Shown here piece after piece: positions 21,460 to 30,893 of a stretch of 64,000 nucleotides of DNA. The stretch's first letter is position 1. Every line of letters starts with the position of its first letter. The DNA comes from Pseudomonadota bacterium (GTDB lineage Bacteria; Campylobacterota; Campylobacteria; Campylobacterales; Sulfurimonadaceae), in the NCBI GenBank assembly GCA_043797085.1, contig JAZDQA010000005.1, positions 139,453-203,452 on the forward strand, written 5' to 3'. A program made the translations under genes and the position numbers. The notes under the pieces are model-generated. The model saw only the letters and a list, made by a program, of their open reading frames with translations. It ran no database searches and had not been told where the DNA came from.

Positions 21460-22026
21460 ATGGCAACCATCGGAATGGGCGATATCAAAAAAGGGGTACG
21501 CCTCGAAATCACGGGTGTACCGTACAGAGTAGTCGATTTTCAACACGTTAAACCGGGTAAAGGGGCAGCATTTGTCCGTTGTAAAGTTAAAAGTTTTTTA
21601 AACGGCAAAGTAGTTGAGAAAACGATTCATGCCGGCGATAAATTCGAGGTTCCTAATATCGAACACAAAACCATGCAGTATTTGTATGATGACGGTGAAA
21701 TGCTTCAGTTTATGGACAACGAGAGCTTTGAACAATTAGGTCTTACTTATGAGCAATGTGAAGATGCGAGCAAATGGATCAAAGACGGTACAAATGTTCA
21801 AATCATCTTGCACAACGGCAAAGCAATCAGCGTTGACGCTCCTGAAATCATGGAACTTAAAATCGTTGAAACACCACCAAACTTCAAAGGTGACACATCA
21901 AGCGGTTCTAAAAAACCTGCAACGCTTGAAACCGGCGCTGTTGTACAAATCCCTTATCACTTGCTTGAGGGTGACATTATCCGTGTTAACACCGTTGAGG
22001 GTGAATACATGGAAAAAGTAAAATAA
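21460..22026 (+). CDS. efp: Elongation factor P
   Basis: [27 protein letters not shown]. Confidence 0.98.
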   Translation: MATIGMGDIKKGVRLEITGVPYRVVDFQHVKPGKGAAFVRCKVKSFLNGKVVEKTIHAGDKFEVPNIEHKTMQYLYDDGEMLQFMDNESFEQLGLTYEQCEDASKWIKDGTNVQIILHNGKAISVDAPEIMELKIVETPPNFKGDTSSGSKKPATLETGAVVQIPYHLLEGDIIRVNTVEGEYMEKVK

Positions 22027-22035
22027 ATCTTCTCT

Positions 22036-22064
22036 ATTGCGGATACTCTCCGCAATCTATTTTC
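22036..22064 (+). terminator. Rho-independent terminator after efp
   Basis: Hairpin ATTGCGGA-tactc-TCCGCAAT followed by T-rich sequence. Confidence 0.65.
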
Positions 22065-22152
22065 GCCTTTCTTCTTAACTTCAGTACCATCATAAATTAT
22101 TCAATACAGACTAAAGTTCAAACTAAATATAATTGTCAAAAAGGAGTTTTGA

Positions 22153-22719
22153 ATGCCAAAAGTTCTAATCCCTATTGCAACAGGTTTTGAAGAGATCGAA
22201 GCGGTGAATATCATCGATGTATTGCGTCGAGCGGGTATTGAAGTGATTATGGGTGCATTGGATGAGCATATGCTGGTCAAAGGTGCTCACGGTATTACGG
22301 TGCAGTGCGATCGTGTCATCACAGGTATCAGTGCGGATGAGCTCGATATGATCGTTCTCCCCGGCGGATGGGGCGGAACAAAAGCTCTTGCGCATGATGC
22401 AGCCGTTCAATCGCTTTTAAAAGAGATGGATGGCGCAGGGAAAAATATCGGTGCAATCTGTGCTGCTCCGTATGCCCTTTATACGGCGGGTGTTCTTAAA
22501 GAGGGATACACCTGCTATCCAAGTGTTGAAGATGAGATAAAAGTCGCTGGATATAAAGGGGATGAAAGTGCTGTGGTTCAAACGGACAACATTATGACCT
22601 CTCGCGGTCCTGCAACAGCAATTTGTTTTGGTTTGGCTATCGTTAAAAAGCTGACGGGTGATGAAGCGTATCATAAAGTTCGTGGCGGTTTGCTGGCAGA
22701 ATATTGTGAAAAAATATAG
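22153..22719 (+). CDS. DJ-1/ThiJ/YajL family protein
   Basis: GFEEIEA, LPGG, AICAAP, TSRGP. Confidence 0.92.
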   Translation: MPKVLIPIATGFEEIEAVNIIDVLRRAGIEVIMGALDEHMLVKGAHGITVQCDRVITGISADELDMIVLPGGWGGTKALAHDAAVQSLLKEMDGAGKNIGAICAAPYALYTAGVLKEGYTCYPSVEDEIKVAGYKGDESAVVQTDNIMTSRGPATAICFGLAIVKKLTGDEAYHKVRGGLLAEYCEKI

Positions 22720-23452
22720 TCTTATTCTTTTGAGCGTGTTGAGTTTCACTGCTTATGCTGAGGTGCATCTTTCTTCATCTGAAAATTTGACGCAAGAAAA
22801 TGCCATCCAATATTGTCGTGATATTGGTATAGGATGGAGGGCGCTGTCTATCCGCGAGTTGTATGAACTTTCTGAAAATATTTCCTTTAATACAGAGTTT
22901 AGCTATTGGTCGGGGATGAAAATCATTTCCGGCAATGCTATTACCGGAACGGGAAGTGAGGGTGATGGCGGAGTGATTGAAGTGCTGGGATACAGTTTTT
23001 TCCCAAAAGAGCGCAACATTACCCTGTCCCCTCCAACGAAAAAAATTGCTGCTGCGTGTACCAATCTCCTTGAGAGTAAACAAATACATGACTATCATTT
23101 AACGCCTCAAGGGACGGAAGATAAAGGTTCAGATCTGCTGTGGCATTCACTTAATGCGACGGATAAGCAACGAAAATATACGTATGAATCAGCCAAAGAG
23201 ATGTGCGAGAATTTAAGCCTGAATGGACGGATTTGGCGACTTCCTACGGCGGATGAACTGTACGGCATCGTTGATACTGCTTTTATCCGTCCGAGTGTGG
23301 ATATGAAATTTTTTGGTCCTATGATGCACCGTTACTACTGGACGAGTGACACGCTCAATGAGCACGAAGCGTATGCGGTCGGATTTAAGCTAGGTTCCGT
23401 TGCTACGGTTGTTAAAACTGAGTCAGCGTATGCACGATGTGTGAGTGAATAA
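22706..23452 (+). CDS. Secreted DUF1566 (Lcl) domain protein
   Basis: Probable GTG start at 22706 gives a signal peptide; two Lcl-like repeats (A..YC...WR, WRLPT.DEL, YWTS, ARCV). Confidence 0.78.
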   Translation: MKKYSLILLSVLSFTAYAEVHLSSSENLTQENAIQYCRDIGIGWRALSIRELYELSENISFNTEFSYWSGMKIISGNAITGTGSEGDGGVIEVLGYSFFPKERNITLSPPTKKIAAACTNLLESKQIHDYHLTPQGTEDKGSDLLWHSLNATDKQRKYTYESAKEMCENLSLNGRIWRLPTADELYGIVDTAFIRPSVDMKFFGPMMHRYYWTSDTLNEHEAYAVGFKLGSVATVVKTESAYARCVSE

Positions 23453-23466
23453 ACATTTAATGACTA

Positions 23467-23563
23467 TAATATTCGGGTGAGTCAAAAAAACTCATATCCA
23501 GCGAGGATCTAAGCTTAAAATTTAACTAAAGCAAGATAAAGTTTGGAGAGTATAGAGACTTGA
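23467..23563 (-). pseudogene. Remnant of the 5' part of the lasso ABC transporter gene
   Basis: 23467-23504 matches 32311-32348 (37/38) and 23505-23563 matches 32669-32727 (54/59), aligned by eye. Confidence 0.85.
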
Positions 23564-23642
23564 TGTTTGCACGATTCAATTTCAATTTCTGTCAATAATA
23601 GTATAATTTTTCCGATTTATTTAAATAATAACAAGGAAGCCA

Positions 23643-23918
23643 ATGTTGGACGAGAATGCAGCAATTATCCGTAAAAATGAGGTTATATTTTCAGAGATGG
23701 ATGGAGAACTTGTGATGATGGATCTTGATAAAAACAGCTACTTCGGGTTGAATGCTGTCGGTAAAGAGATTTGGGAGCTTTTATCCGAAGCCAATACCAT
23801 CGGCGGATTATGTGCAACATTGATGCAAAAATACAATGTAGATTTACAACGCTGCAAGCAGGATGTTACCGCTCATGTTGATAAAATGGTAGAAGTCGGC
23901 ATCGTTAAGACTATTTAA
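23643..23918 (+). CDS. Lasso peptide RiPP recognition element (B1/PqqD family)
   Basis: 91 aa with EMDGELVMMD...YFGLNAVGKEIWELL...Y.VD...C..DV; directly upstream of the cyclase. Confidence 0.93.
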   Translation: MLDENAAIIRKNEVIFSEMDGELVMMDLDKNSYFGLNAVGKEIWELLSEANTIGGLCATLMQKYNVDLQRCKQDVTAHVDKMVEVGIVKTI

Positions 23919-23952
23919 CAGCTTAAATACTTTACAAAGGATTTGACCATAT

Positions 23953-25860
23953 ATGGGATCATTTTATTTCATTCAACATTTTATAACTGTTTCGGCAGAT
24001 TCCATCGCCGATACACTGTTTGAAGCGGTAAAAAAGTATCCTCATGATCACGCGGAACGTTTGGTGGCAAATGAGATTGCCATGGGGCGATCGGGTATGC
24101 ACTGCTATACAAAAACGAACCCCAAAATAGATAATTTTACCCTGAGCGTCGATGGCAACTGTTTTTATCTGGTGGGGGATATTCGTCTTGATAATCGGTC
24201 TGAGTTAATCGAGAGATTAGAATTATCTTCCGATGTATCGTGGTCGAATGAAGAGATTATTCTCTGTACGTATCTGCAATTCGGGGAAGATTTTGCCGAT
24301 TATCTGTTAGGCGATTTTGCATTTGTCCTTCATCATCTCGAAACGGGTATGACGTTGGCAGTGAGAGATCATTTGGGGGTTATCCCTCTGTATTATCATG
24401 CAAATACCGATTTTATTCTTATCAGTGATACGATCGAGGTGATACTATCTCATCCGAGTATCGATCATGGGATAAACGATAACGTAGCGATGGAATTTCT
24501 CGTAGCGGGTCATGTTCACAACCAAAGAGAGACTTTTTATACCGTTATCCAAAAACTCCCCCGTGCTACTCAAATCCGTTTTAACGATCCAGTACTCATC
24601 TATCACACCTACTGGAATAGCGATCATATTCCCCCCTTACACTATGAGAGTGAGGCGGAGTACATCGATCATCTCCAAGATCTTTTGGAGAGGGTGATTA
24701 CGGATCGGCTCAAAACTTCCTGCCAGAGTGCGGCCCATCTCAGCGGCGGTCTTGATTCCTCCGTTATCGCGGTAGCGGCAGGGCGTGAAGTTAAAAAAGG
24801 CGGCGGAGTTTTTTACACCTACAACTGGTGTAAACCAGAGATAGGGGATGATCCCGATTATCACGAGTGGGCAGATGCTAGATCTATCGCACATGAGGAG
24901 GGATTTATCCACTCCGAGATTGATTACACCACCCGATCAGCGATAGGGGAATTACTCTCTCACAATATCGCGACCTCAGGAACAACGATGTTCGAGTATG
25001 AACAGCTGGTATTACCGCTCGCCGCAGAGCAGGGGGTGAAGATCATCTTCTCCGGTTTCGGCGGAGATGAGATGCTCACGATGCGCTTCAAAAATACCCA
25101 TATCGATCTGATCCGTAAAGGGAAGTTTTACCGTGTATGGAGAGGATTAGAAAACGAGATGGCACCGAAGGTAAAACTCAAAACGCTCCGCCTCTTCAAA
25201 CGGTTCATGCGTCTGCTCTTCAAAAGTATCATCCCTCAGCGGCAAAGGGAGTGCAAAGTCTGTGAAACACAAATACGCAAATTTTCCAATGCCCTCTCGA
25301 TCCTCCATCCAGAGTATACGGAGATGCTTAACATAGACGATTTTTTTTCATCCGCTTTTGCTCAGGTCGATACGATTCATGCAATGCAGCATAGCTATTT
25401 AAGTATGGGATACCATCAAGAGCGGATGGAGTGCTGGAATATCATGGGAAAAAAACAGGGAGTCATCTATGTTTACCCCTATCTCGATAAACGGATCGTC
25501 GAATTTGCCCTTTCTCTGCCTGAGAAGTTTTATTTTAAACACGGCGAGAGCCGATACCTCTATCGGCGCGCGGTGGGTGAGTTTTTACCTCGCGAACTTC
25601 TGGATAAACAAAAACCCCCTGAGTCATTTCGGGTTCGACATATATTAGAACGGATCAATGAAGCGCTCAGTGATCAAAAGATAGAGGAATATGTGAACTT
25701 TCGCGAATCACCTTATATCGATACCTCTGCATGGCGTCAAAAATACGATGAACTTCAAATACGCATACGGGAGAATCCAGAGGATATCATAGTTCTTTCT
25801 GCACTTGCCGCATTTAAAAACAGCGCTTTATTCTTTTTTTTAAGGAAAAATGACGGATAA
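23953..25860 (+). CDS. Lasso peptide macrolactam cyclase (C protein, asparagine synthetase-like)
   Basis: RLDNR, LLGDFAF, RDHLG, LSGGLDSS, SGFGGDE, YPYLDKRIVEF; lacks the N-terminal catalytic Cys of AsnB; flanked by RRE and precursor. Confidence 0.92.
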   Translation: MGSFYFIQHFITVSADSIADTLFEAVKKYPHDHAERLVANEIAMGRSGMHCYTKTNPKIDNFTLSVDGNCFYLVGDIRLDNRSELIERLELSSDVSWSNEEIILCTYLQFGEDFADYLLGDFAFVLHHLETGMTLAVRDHLGVIPLYYHANTDFILISDTIEVILSHPSIDHGINDNVAMEFLVAGHVHNQRETFYTVIQKLPRATQIRFNDPVLIYHTYWNSDHIPPLHYESEAEYIDHLQDLLERVITDRLKTSCQSAAHLSGGLDSSVIAVAAGREVKKGGGVFYTYNWCKPEIGDDPDYHEWADARSIAHEEGFIHSEIDYTTRSAIGELLSHNIATSGTTMFEYEQLVLPLAAEQGVKIIFSGFGGDEMLTMRFKNTHIDLIRKGKFYRVWRGLENEMAPKVKLKTLRLFKRFMRLLFKSIIPQRQRECKVCETQIRKFSNALSILHPEYTEMLNIDDFFSSAFAQVDTIHAMQHSYLSMGYHQERMECWNIMGKKQGVIYVYPYLDKRIVEFALSLPEKFYFKHGESRYLYRRAVGEFLPRELLDKQKPPESFRVRHILERINEALSDQKIEEYVNFRESPYIDTSAWRQKYDELQIRIRENPEDIIVLSALAAFKNSALFFFLRKNDG

Positions 25861-25888
25861 TAGTAGCAATTAATCATAAAGGATCCCT

Positions 25889-26029
25889 TTGGAAACCCCA
25901 TACAGCAGTGTTCAAGAGGCAAAGTTAGAGTGGAGCCAGCCGAAACTGGTCGAATTGGATGTCAATCAAACGGAAAGTGCTTCGCTTTCTTCGCCGGTTG
26001 AAGGTCCGTGGAGTCATCCATTTAGCTGA
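25889..26029 (+). CDS. Lasso peptide precursor (A), 46 aa: METPYSSVQEAKLEWSQPKLVELDVNQTE-SASLSSPVEGPWSHPFS
   Basis: Hand-translated and absent from the ORF track. SD AAAGGA then TTG start; leader WxxPxL motif; LDVNQT with Thr at -2; core Ser1 and Glu9; C-terminal Ser. Confidence 0.9.
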   Translation: METPYSSVQEAKLEWSQPKLVELDVNQTESASLSSPVEGPWSHPFS

Positions 26030-26039
26030 TAAAAAAAAG

Positions 26040-26117
26040 AGTATCCAAATTTAACCATCACCTCTCGATAAGCAGAGGTGATCCAATCTATTTGCTCAGG
26101 TATGTGAATATCCTTAT
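26040..26117 (-). repeat. Degenerate copy of the sulfotransferase 3' end
   Basis: Ungapped 64/78 match to 29007-29084; translates as KDIHIPEQIDWITSAYREVMVKFGY versus KDILTSEQIDKITSAHREIMGKFGY. Confidence 0.85.
26057..26082. terminator. Hairpin between the convergent precursor and UnbUV-like genes
   Basis: Perfect 9-bp inverted repeat ATCACCTCT-8nt-AGAGGTGAT. Confidence 0.5.
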
Positions 26118-26128
26118 TCTCTCATCGC

Positions 26129-29005
26129 CTATTCATACCAAATATGAACAGCTCCTTTTGTTAGATGCGTTATTTTTTGAGTAGTACCGTTTGGCCAGGT
26201 TACTTCCATCATTTCAGGGGAATCGTTTTCTTTGATACCAAAATGAAGACGATAGGGCTGTGCACTGTCCCAGCTACCGCCTGAGCGAATTTCTTGCACT
26301 TGTTTACCTTGTTTGGTATATAAAATGATGCGGCTACCGACTCCGTAATAGTTACCAGATTTACTTCGCAGTTCTACGGAAATACTATCACCTCCATGAT
26401 GATTTTGATAATACTTGGATGACTCGAATACTGTATTCACCACGATGTCACCATCACCATCGTTGTCAAAATCGGCGATCATGACTCCACGGCTATCTGA
26501 GACTAGATCCAAACCAAGGAGTTTTGTTTTATTGAAAAAATGAATCTTCTGGGATTTTGACACATTTGTTTTATTGATTAGCATTGCATTCGGTATTCGA
26601 GTTAAACCTAACTCTGCTCCAGTAGTGATGTAAAGATCCAATAAGCCGTTATTGTCGATGTCATAGGGGTATGCAGCCCAAGACCATCCTGTAAAGATAG
26701 CATCATTGTCAACTAAAACATCATGATAATTTCCTTGAGTGTCACGTTTTAGCAAGATGTTTCTATTGACCCGTTTAGGGAAACGCTCGGCATGGTATTT
26801 GTTGGCGTTTGGATTAATATTTGAAATATTATCCGGCATCAAACGTCTTTTGCAGACTTGTTGTTCTCCGATATTTTGGATTTTATCACATTCACGAGGA
26901 TCATTTAAATCCATACCTCTATGTTTAGCCTGTGTTTCATAACAAATGTCTCGTACATAGTTGTTTGAGATTAAATCGCAGTTGAAATGTCCTGTGTGCA
27001 GGTTATTTCGTATTAATTGAAACTCACGACTGATGATGTCTTTACGGATATCGGGTTGACTGAGTACTTCTTTGAATCTATTGTTTTGGTATTGTACGCT
27101 ATTTGAAATACAGTTTTCCCAGAGCTCAAATGTTCCGTCGTTGTCGAAATCACCGCTTAAATAACTCATACTTGAATTACTATTGTAAGGAATTTTATTT
27201 TTATCGATGAGACGGAATCGATGTTCTTCATCTCCTATCAGTGTTAAAGTGGGTTGTAGATCATTGGCCAACATAAAATCAACATGACCGTTTTGATCCA
27301 AATCGCTAAATAAAGCAGTCATCCCTGCATACTCATTTTGGGTATCGGGCATATAGTGTATCGATTCTTCTCTCCATCCCTCTTTGCTGCTGATCCATAG
27401 CTGATCGTTCATTCCATTACTTTTTAAAAAACCGGATGTCCGTCGTTTGTCGCTGTAAAAATCTCGATCATAAGCAATATAAATATCTAAAATTTTATCC
27501 TTATTGAGATCATATAAAGCGATTCCACCCGTCACGCTGCGTTTATACCCGTAAAATTGAAAAGAAGGTTTGAATTGTTTTTTAATAGAATCAAAGAGGT
27601 AGATTTGATGTTTTTGAGGCTTGTTCACATATTGATTTTTTAGCAGTATCATATCCAGATAAGTATCATTATTGAGATCAGCCAGCGCTATATACTCGAT
27701 GTTAGCAGGGATATTTTTTCCAAACAAATCGAAGGTAGCATCGATAAAACCGTGATTCTTTGTTCCGAGGTAGCATCGTAAAGGGACTCCTGTTTTTGCC
27801 ATAACAATATCCAGTATTCCGTCGTGATTGATGTCCCCCGCCGCTAATGGACTGTGATGAAGAAATTCCCATCCAAGTTCTTTGCGTGTTATGTGTGGCA
27901 AATAGGATTTGAAAGCAGTATCACGTGTCTCAAATGTTGGATGCGGATTCGTTTCCTTTTGTAAAGGCATTGTGATTATGTGGGAATGATTCCATTGAGT
28001 TTTGTAGAGGCTTTTATTTTCGTCACTCCAAATATTTATCCCGGATGGCACAGGAATTTCATTTTGGTAACGTGTATGTTCGTGTTGAGATGATCTGTGA
28101 TTAGAACTGGATTCAAGATTGCGTATATAATTGTAGTTCGAAAAATAAGTCACTACGATAACCATTAGTTCGAATATAAGTATGATGACAATAGTTTTAT
28201 TTAAATATCGACTTGATTCTAAATTACGGAGCCATGGCACAGTTAATGTCAATAAAAAGAGGGATAAAAACATATAAATTTCACGTGCACCGAAAAAAAG
28301 CTCAAGAATAAGAGGTAAAATAGCGATTGATATCGCAAAGAAAATTTGTGTTGCATAGCGATCAGGAGAGGTTCGGGGATCGGTAAGCATAAAAAACATA
28401 AAGAGCAAAAAACTCCCTGAAATCAGTAAATGAAAAATTTCATAGATATTATGCGTGATGAATAAGTAGGTTACTAGAGCATACGTTAGGATAAAAATGA
28501 CAGGGATAAGAACTCTGTGCACTTTAATGGTGATATAAATTCCAAGAGACATCATAATGAGGCCAAGCCACCATAAGTCACCCCATTGTTCTGGGGTTGT
28601 ATAAGTTTGATAAGGGAAAAACATTAATCCTATGACAACAGCGACATTGGATGGATTAAGGAAGTGTTTACTTCGGATTATTAGCCAGTGTTTTTGCAGA
28701 AGTGCTACGAGTATAACGATAAAATAAATATAAAGATCACTGGTACGAAGCATAAATGATATGCCTAGCGCAGTGCTGACGGCAGAAAAAGAGAAAAAAG
28801 TGAGTGCTTTATTTTTAATATACAAAAGTGTATGCTCGACCAAGATAGCAAAAGTGACGATGGCACCGATCTCGATCCACCGGATCGGGAGATTTAAAAC
28901 TATTTTTCCAATCAGCATTAGTAAAATGAGATTAAACATTTGGAGACGTTGTATTGTATTGGTCTTAGAGTTGATGTTTGGTTTCAAATGTAAAATATTA
29001 TTCAT
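26129..29005 (-). CDS. Fusion of an RnfD/UnbU-like membrane domain with FG-GAP repeats and an ASPIC/UnbV domain (CRTAC1-like)
   Basis: N-terminal multi-TM region with HFLNPSN and FMLTDPRTSP; repeated D-x-N/D-x-D-G..D motifs; C-terminal YGVGSRI...SGGSWDSAQ...LHFGI...VTWPNG. Confidence 0.8.
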   Translation of the reverse strand: MNNILHLKPNINSKTNTIQRLQMFNLILLMLIGKIVLNLPIRWIEIGAIVTFAILVEHTLLYIKNKALTFFSFSAVSTALGISFMLRTSDLYIYFIVILVALLQKHWLIIRSKHFLNPSNVAVVIGLMFFPYQTYTTPEQWGDLWWLGLIMMSLGIYITIKVHRVLIPVIFILTYALVTYLFITHNIYEIFHLLISGSFLLFMFFMLTDPRTSPDRYATQIFFAISIAILPLILELFFGAREIYMFLSLFLLTLTVPWLRNLESSRYLNKTIVIILIFELMVIVVTYFSNYNYIRNLESSSNHRSSQHEHTRYQNEIPVPSGINIWSDENKSLYKTQWNHSHIITMPLQKETNPHPTFETRDTAFKSYLPHITRKELGWEFLHHSPLAAGDINHDGILDIVMAKTGVPLRCYLGTKNHGFIDATFDLFGKNIPANIEYIALADLNNDTYLDMILLKNQYVNKPQKHQIYLFDSIKKQFKPSFQFYGYKRSVTGGIALYDLNKDKILDIYIAYDRDFYSDKRRTSGFLKSNGMNDQLWISSKEGWREESIHYMPDTQNEYAGMTALFSDLDQNGHVDFMLANDLQPTLTLIGDEEHRFRLIDKNKIPYNSNSSMSYLSGDFDNDGTFELWENCISNSVQYQNNRFKEVLSQPDIRKDIISREFQLIRNNLHTGHFNCDLISNNYVRDICYETQAKHRGMDLNDPRECDKIQNIGEQQVCKRRLMPDNISNINPNANKYHAERFPKRVNRNILLKRDTQGNYHDVLVDNDAIFTGWSWAAYPYDIDNNGLLDLYITTGAELGLTRIPNAMLINKTNVSKSQKIHFFNKTKLLGLDLVSDSRGVMIADFDNDGDGDIVVNTVFESSKYYQNHHGGDSISVELRSKSGNYYGVGSRIILYTKQGKQVQEIRSGGSWDSAQPYRLHFGIKENDSPEMMEVTWPNGTTQKITHLTKGAVHIWYE

Positions 29006-29838
29006 CAGTATCCAAATTTCCCCATTATCTCTCGATGAGCAGAGGTGATTTTGTCTATTTGCTCCGAGGTGAGAATATCCTTATATCCTCCCGTTTTACC
29101 TGATCTAAAAAAGCTCTTCGATTTCGTCGGTTTTTCACGGAAACTTTTTGCCTCTTCTTGTTTTTTCAGCTCCTCAAAACTCGAAAATCGGACTGCTTTA
29201 GTCAGACGATCGGGATCGATCTCAAATCCCATAAACTCCAGCATTTCTTGAAACGTCTCATAGGGGTGTGATAGCATATCCTCATACCGCATCACATGAA
29301 CCCTAAGCGGTGAATCGATCCAGCTGCGCACATGGGACGACCAATCCAACAATCTCTGAGGGAGCTGATCGGCGAGCGTTTTTTCCGAAAGGGCGATGGT
29401 AAATGACTCCTTATTGATGTTTGCGTAAGTTTTAGAAATATCTTTCCCCCCGTGTGCGGCGTAGGAGACTGCTACGTCCATAGGATTACGCAGGATATAA
29501 ATCACCCCCTTGGTCACCAATGCAGGAAAGAGCGGTTCTCCAACACTATTGAGAGTATAAGCATCATGAACTTTGATGTAATAATCACGTGTTGCATGAG
29601 CCATCAGCTCCTCATACAAGCGAGGCTGAAAGAGCCGTATTTGCTCCTCGCTCATGTCCGAGGAGGGGAGACACAGCAGATCATCAAATGTCTCGCGGTT
29701 ACTCGCGATACCATCGGTTTGCAGAGCATTGATGTCAGCTGGTTCATCGCTGTTTACGAGATAGTTTGTGATGAGAGCACGGGTCCAGGTATTACCGCTT
29801 TTGGGATACGAAGCGAGCCAGTAGATACCGTGACTCAT
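29005..29838 (-). CDS. PAPS-dependent sulfotransferase (Sulfotransfer_1)
   Basis: 5'-PSB ASYPKSGNTW, 3'-PB RNPMDVAVS, RYEDM, FFRSGKTGG. Confidence 0.93.
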   Translation of the reverse strand: MSHGIYWLASYPKSGNTWTRALITNYLVNSDEPADINALQTDGIASNRETFDDLLCLPSSDMSEEQIRLFQPRLYEELMAHATRDYYIKVHDAYTLNSVGEPLFPALVTKGVIYILRNPMDVAVSYAAHGGKDISKTYANINKESFTIALSEKTLADQLPQRLLDWSSHVRSWIDSPLRVHVMRYEDMLSHPYETFQEMLEFMGFEIDPDRLTKAVRFSSFEELKKQEEAKSFREKPTKSKSFFRSGKTGGYKDILTSEQIDKITSAHREIMGKFGY

Positions 29839-30740
29839 CGCATATCTTTTTCGATGATGTCGGCGAGTTCACGAAGGGAGTTTTTCTCTTTGGGGCGGAT
29901 AACACGTTTGACGATGTGATCCTGCGCTAGTTTGGAAGAGAGGATAAAATGCTCTTTTCGTATCGGCAGATGCTCCAGAAACTTTTTACGATAGGTGTTG
30001 TTTTTAAGGACGGAGAATTTTTCTATTCCGTTGATCTCTTCGAGTACAATCTCCTCTTTGGTATGAGTAGAGAGGATATACATGGAGTGTAAAGCAAGAG
30101 GTGTATCATGAAAATGCTCAAAGGTCGGAACAGCAAATTTATCAAGTTCTGGACGAATTTGGCGTAATCCCTCGGTATTTTGATCCAGCATTACAGCACT
30201 TTGGTGCCACAGTTTGGTTTGGGGATAGGAGGGGAGAGCGGTAATTTTTTGATTCTCTCCATCCCAATACAATGCGATCGTATCATCGGAGAGTTTTTTG
30301 TAGCCTCTACGGATAAACTCCTGAGAAAGGGTACTTTTTCCCGCACCCGAAACTCCGGCAAACAGTACAGCCCCCTTGGGGGTTGCAATCGCGCTGGCAT
30401 GGAGTGTGAGATACCCCCTTTGCTGCAACAACGCTCCGATAGCTGAGCCAAATAAAAATAATCGTATCTCATCTTCGGTGCAATCATGCTCCTTTTCGAT
30501 AATAATCTCATTACCGTTACGTACTAAAAAAGCTCCAATCGTCGGGAGTCTCATGATAAGTTCAGCCTCATTTGCCTCAAAAGTAGGGCCGTGATTAAGA
30601 GTATTTTCCAACTTTTTGGGTACATCGCCATACCGGATATGGACCGAGGAGAGAGCCTTGGCTTCGTCTGCTGTGATGGGAACGAGTTCAGGTGCGATAA
30701 ATGGTGTCTCGAAATGGAGACCAAAAGCTTTATAATCCAA
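29835..30740 (-). CDS. HPr kinase-like lasso peptide kinase
   Basis: LHASAI, Walker A GVSGAGKST, LSDD; TTG start after AAGGAA; lasso context. Confidence 0.88.
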   Translation of the reverse strand: MDYKAFGLHFETPFIAPELVPITADEAKALSSVHIRYGDVPKKLENTLNHGPTFEANEAELIMRLPTIGAFLVRNGNEIIIEKEHDCTEDEIRLFLFGSAIGALLQQRGYLTLHASAIATPKGAVLFAGVSGAGKSTLSQEFIRRGYKKLSDDTIALYWDGENQKITALPSYPQTKLWHQSAVMLDQNTEGLRQIRPELDKFAVPTFEHFHDTPLALHSMYILSTHTKEEIVLEEINGIEKFSVLKNNTYRKKFLEHLPIRKEHFILSSKLAQDHIVKRVIRPKEKNSLRELADIIEKDMR

Positions 30741-30893
30741 GAAATTCCTTAAAAATAATCTATATTCAGAGTATCCTATATATTAAAAAAAAGTATACCT
30801 GCTTTAGAGCTAAAGTACCTTGAGCCGAAGTAACAAATTGGATTAAATAGAGCAGATTGTTCCATTTTGCTTTATATGCCTGGTGCTGCTATC

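Noticed and set aside
23643..23918. PQQ biosynthesis (pqqD)
   Set aside because: No pqqA/B/C/E nearby; the context is a lasso cluster.
23953..25860. Calling the gene a housekeeping asparagine synthetase (asnB)
   Set aside because: It lacks the N-terminal Cys nucleophile and sits between an RRE and a lasso precursor.
30776..30865. Small minus-strand ORF MEQSALFNPICYFGSRYFSSKAGILFFNI as a second precursor
   Set aside because: No Y/WxxPxL motif, no Thr(-2), no acidic ring residue and no clear SD.
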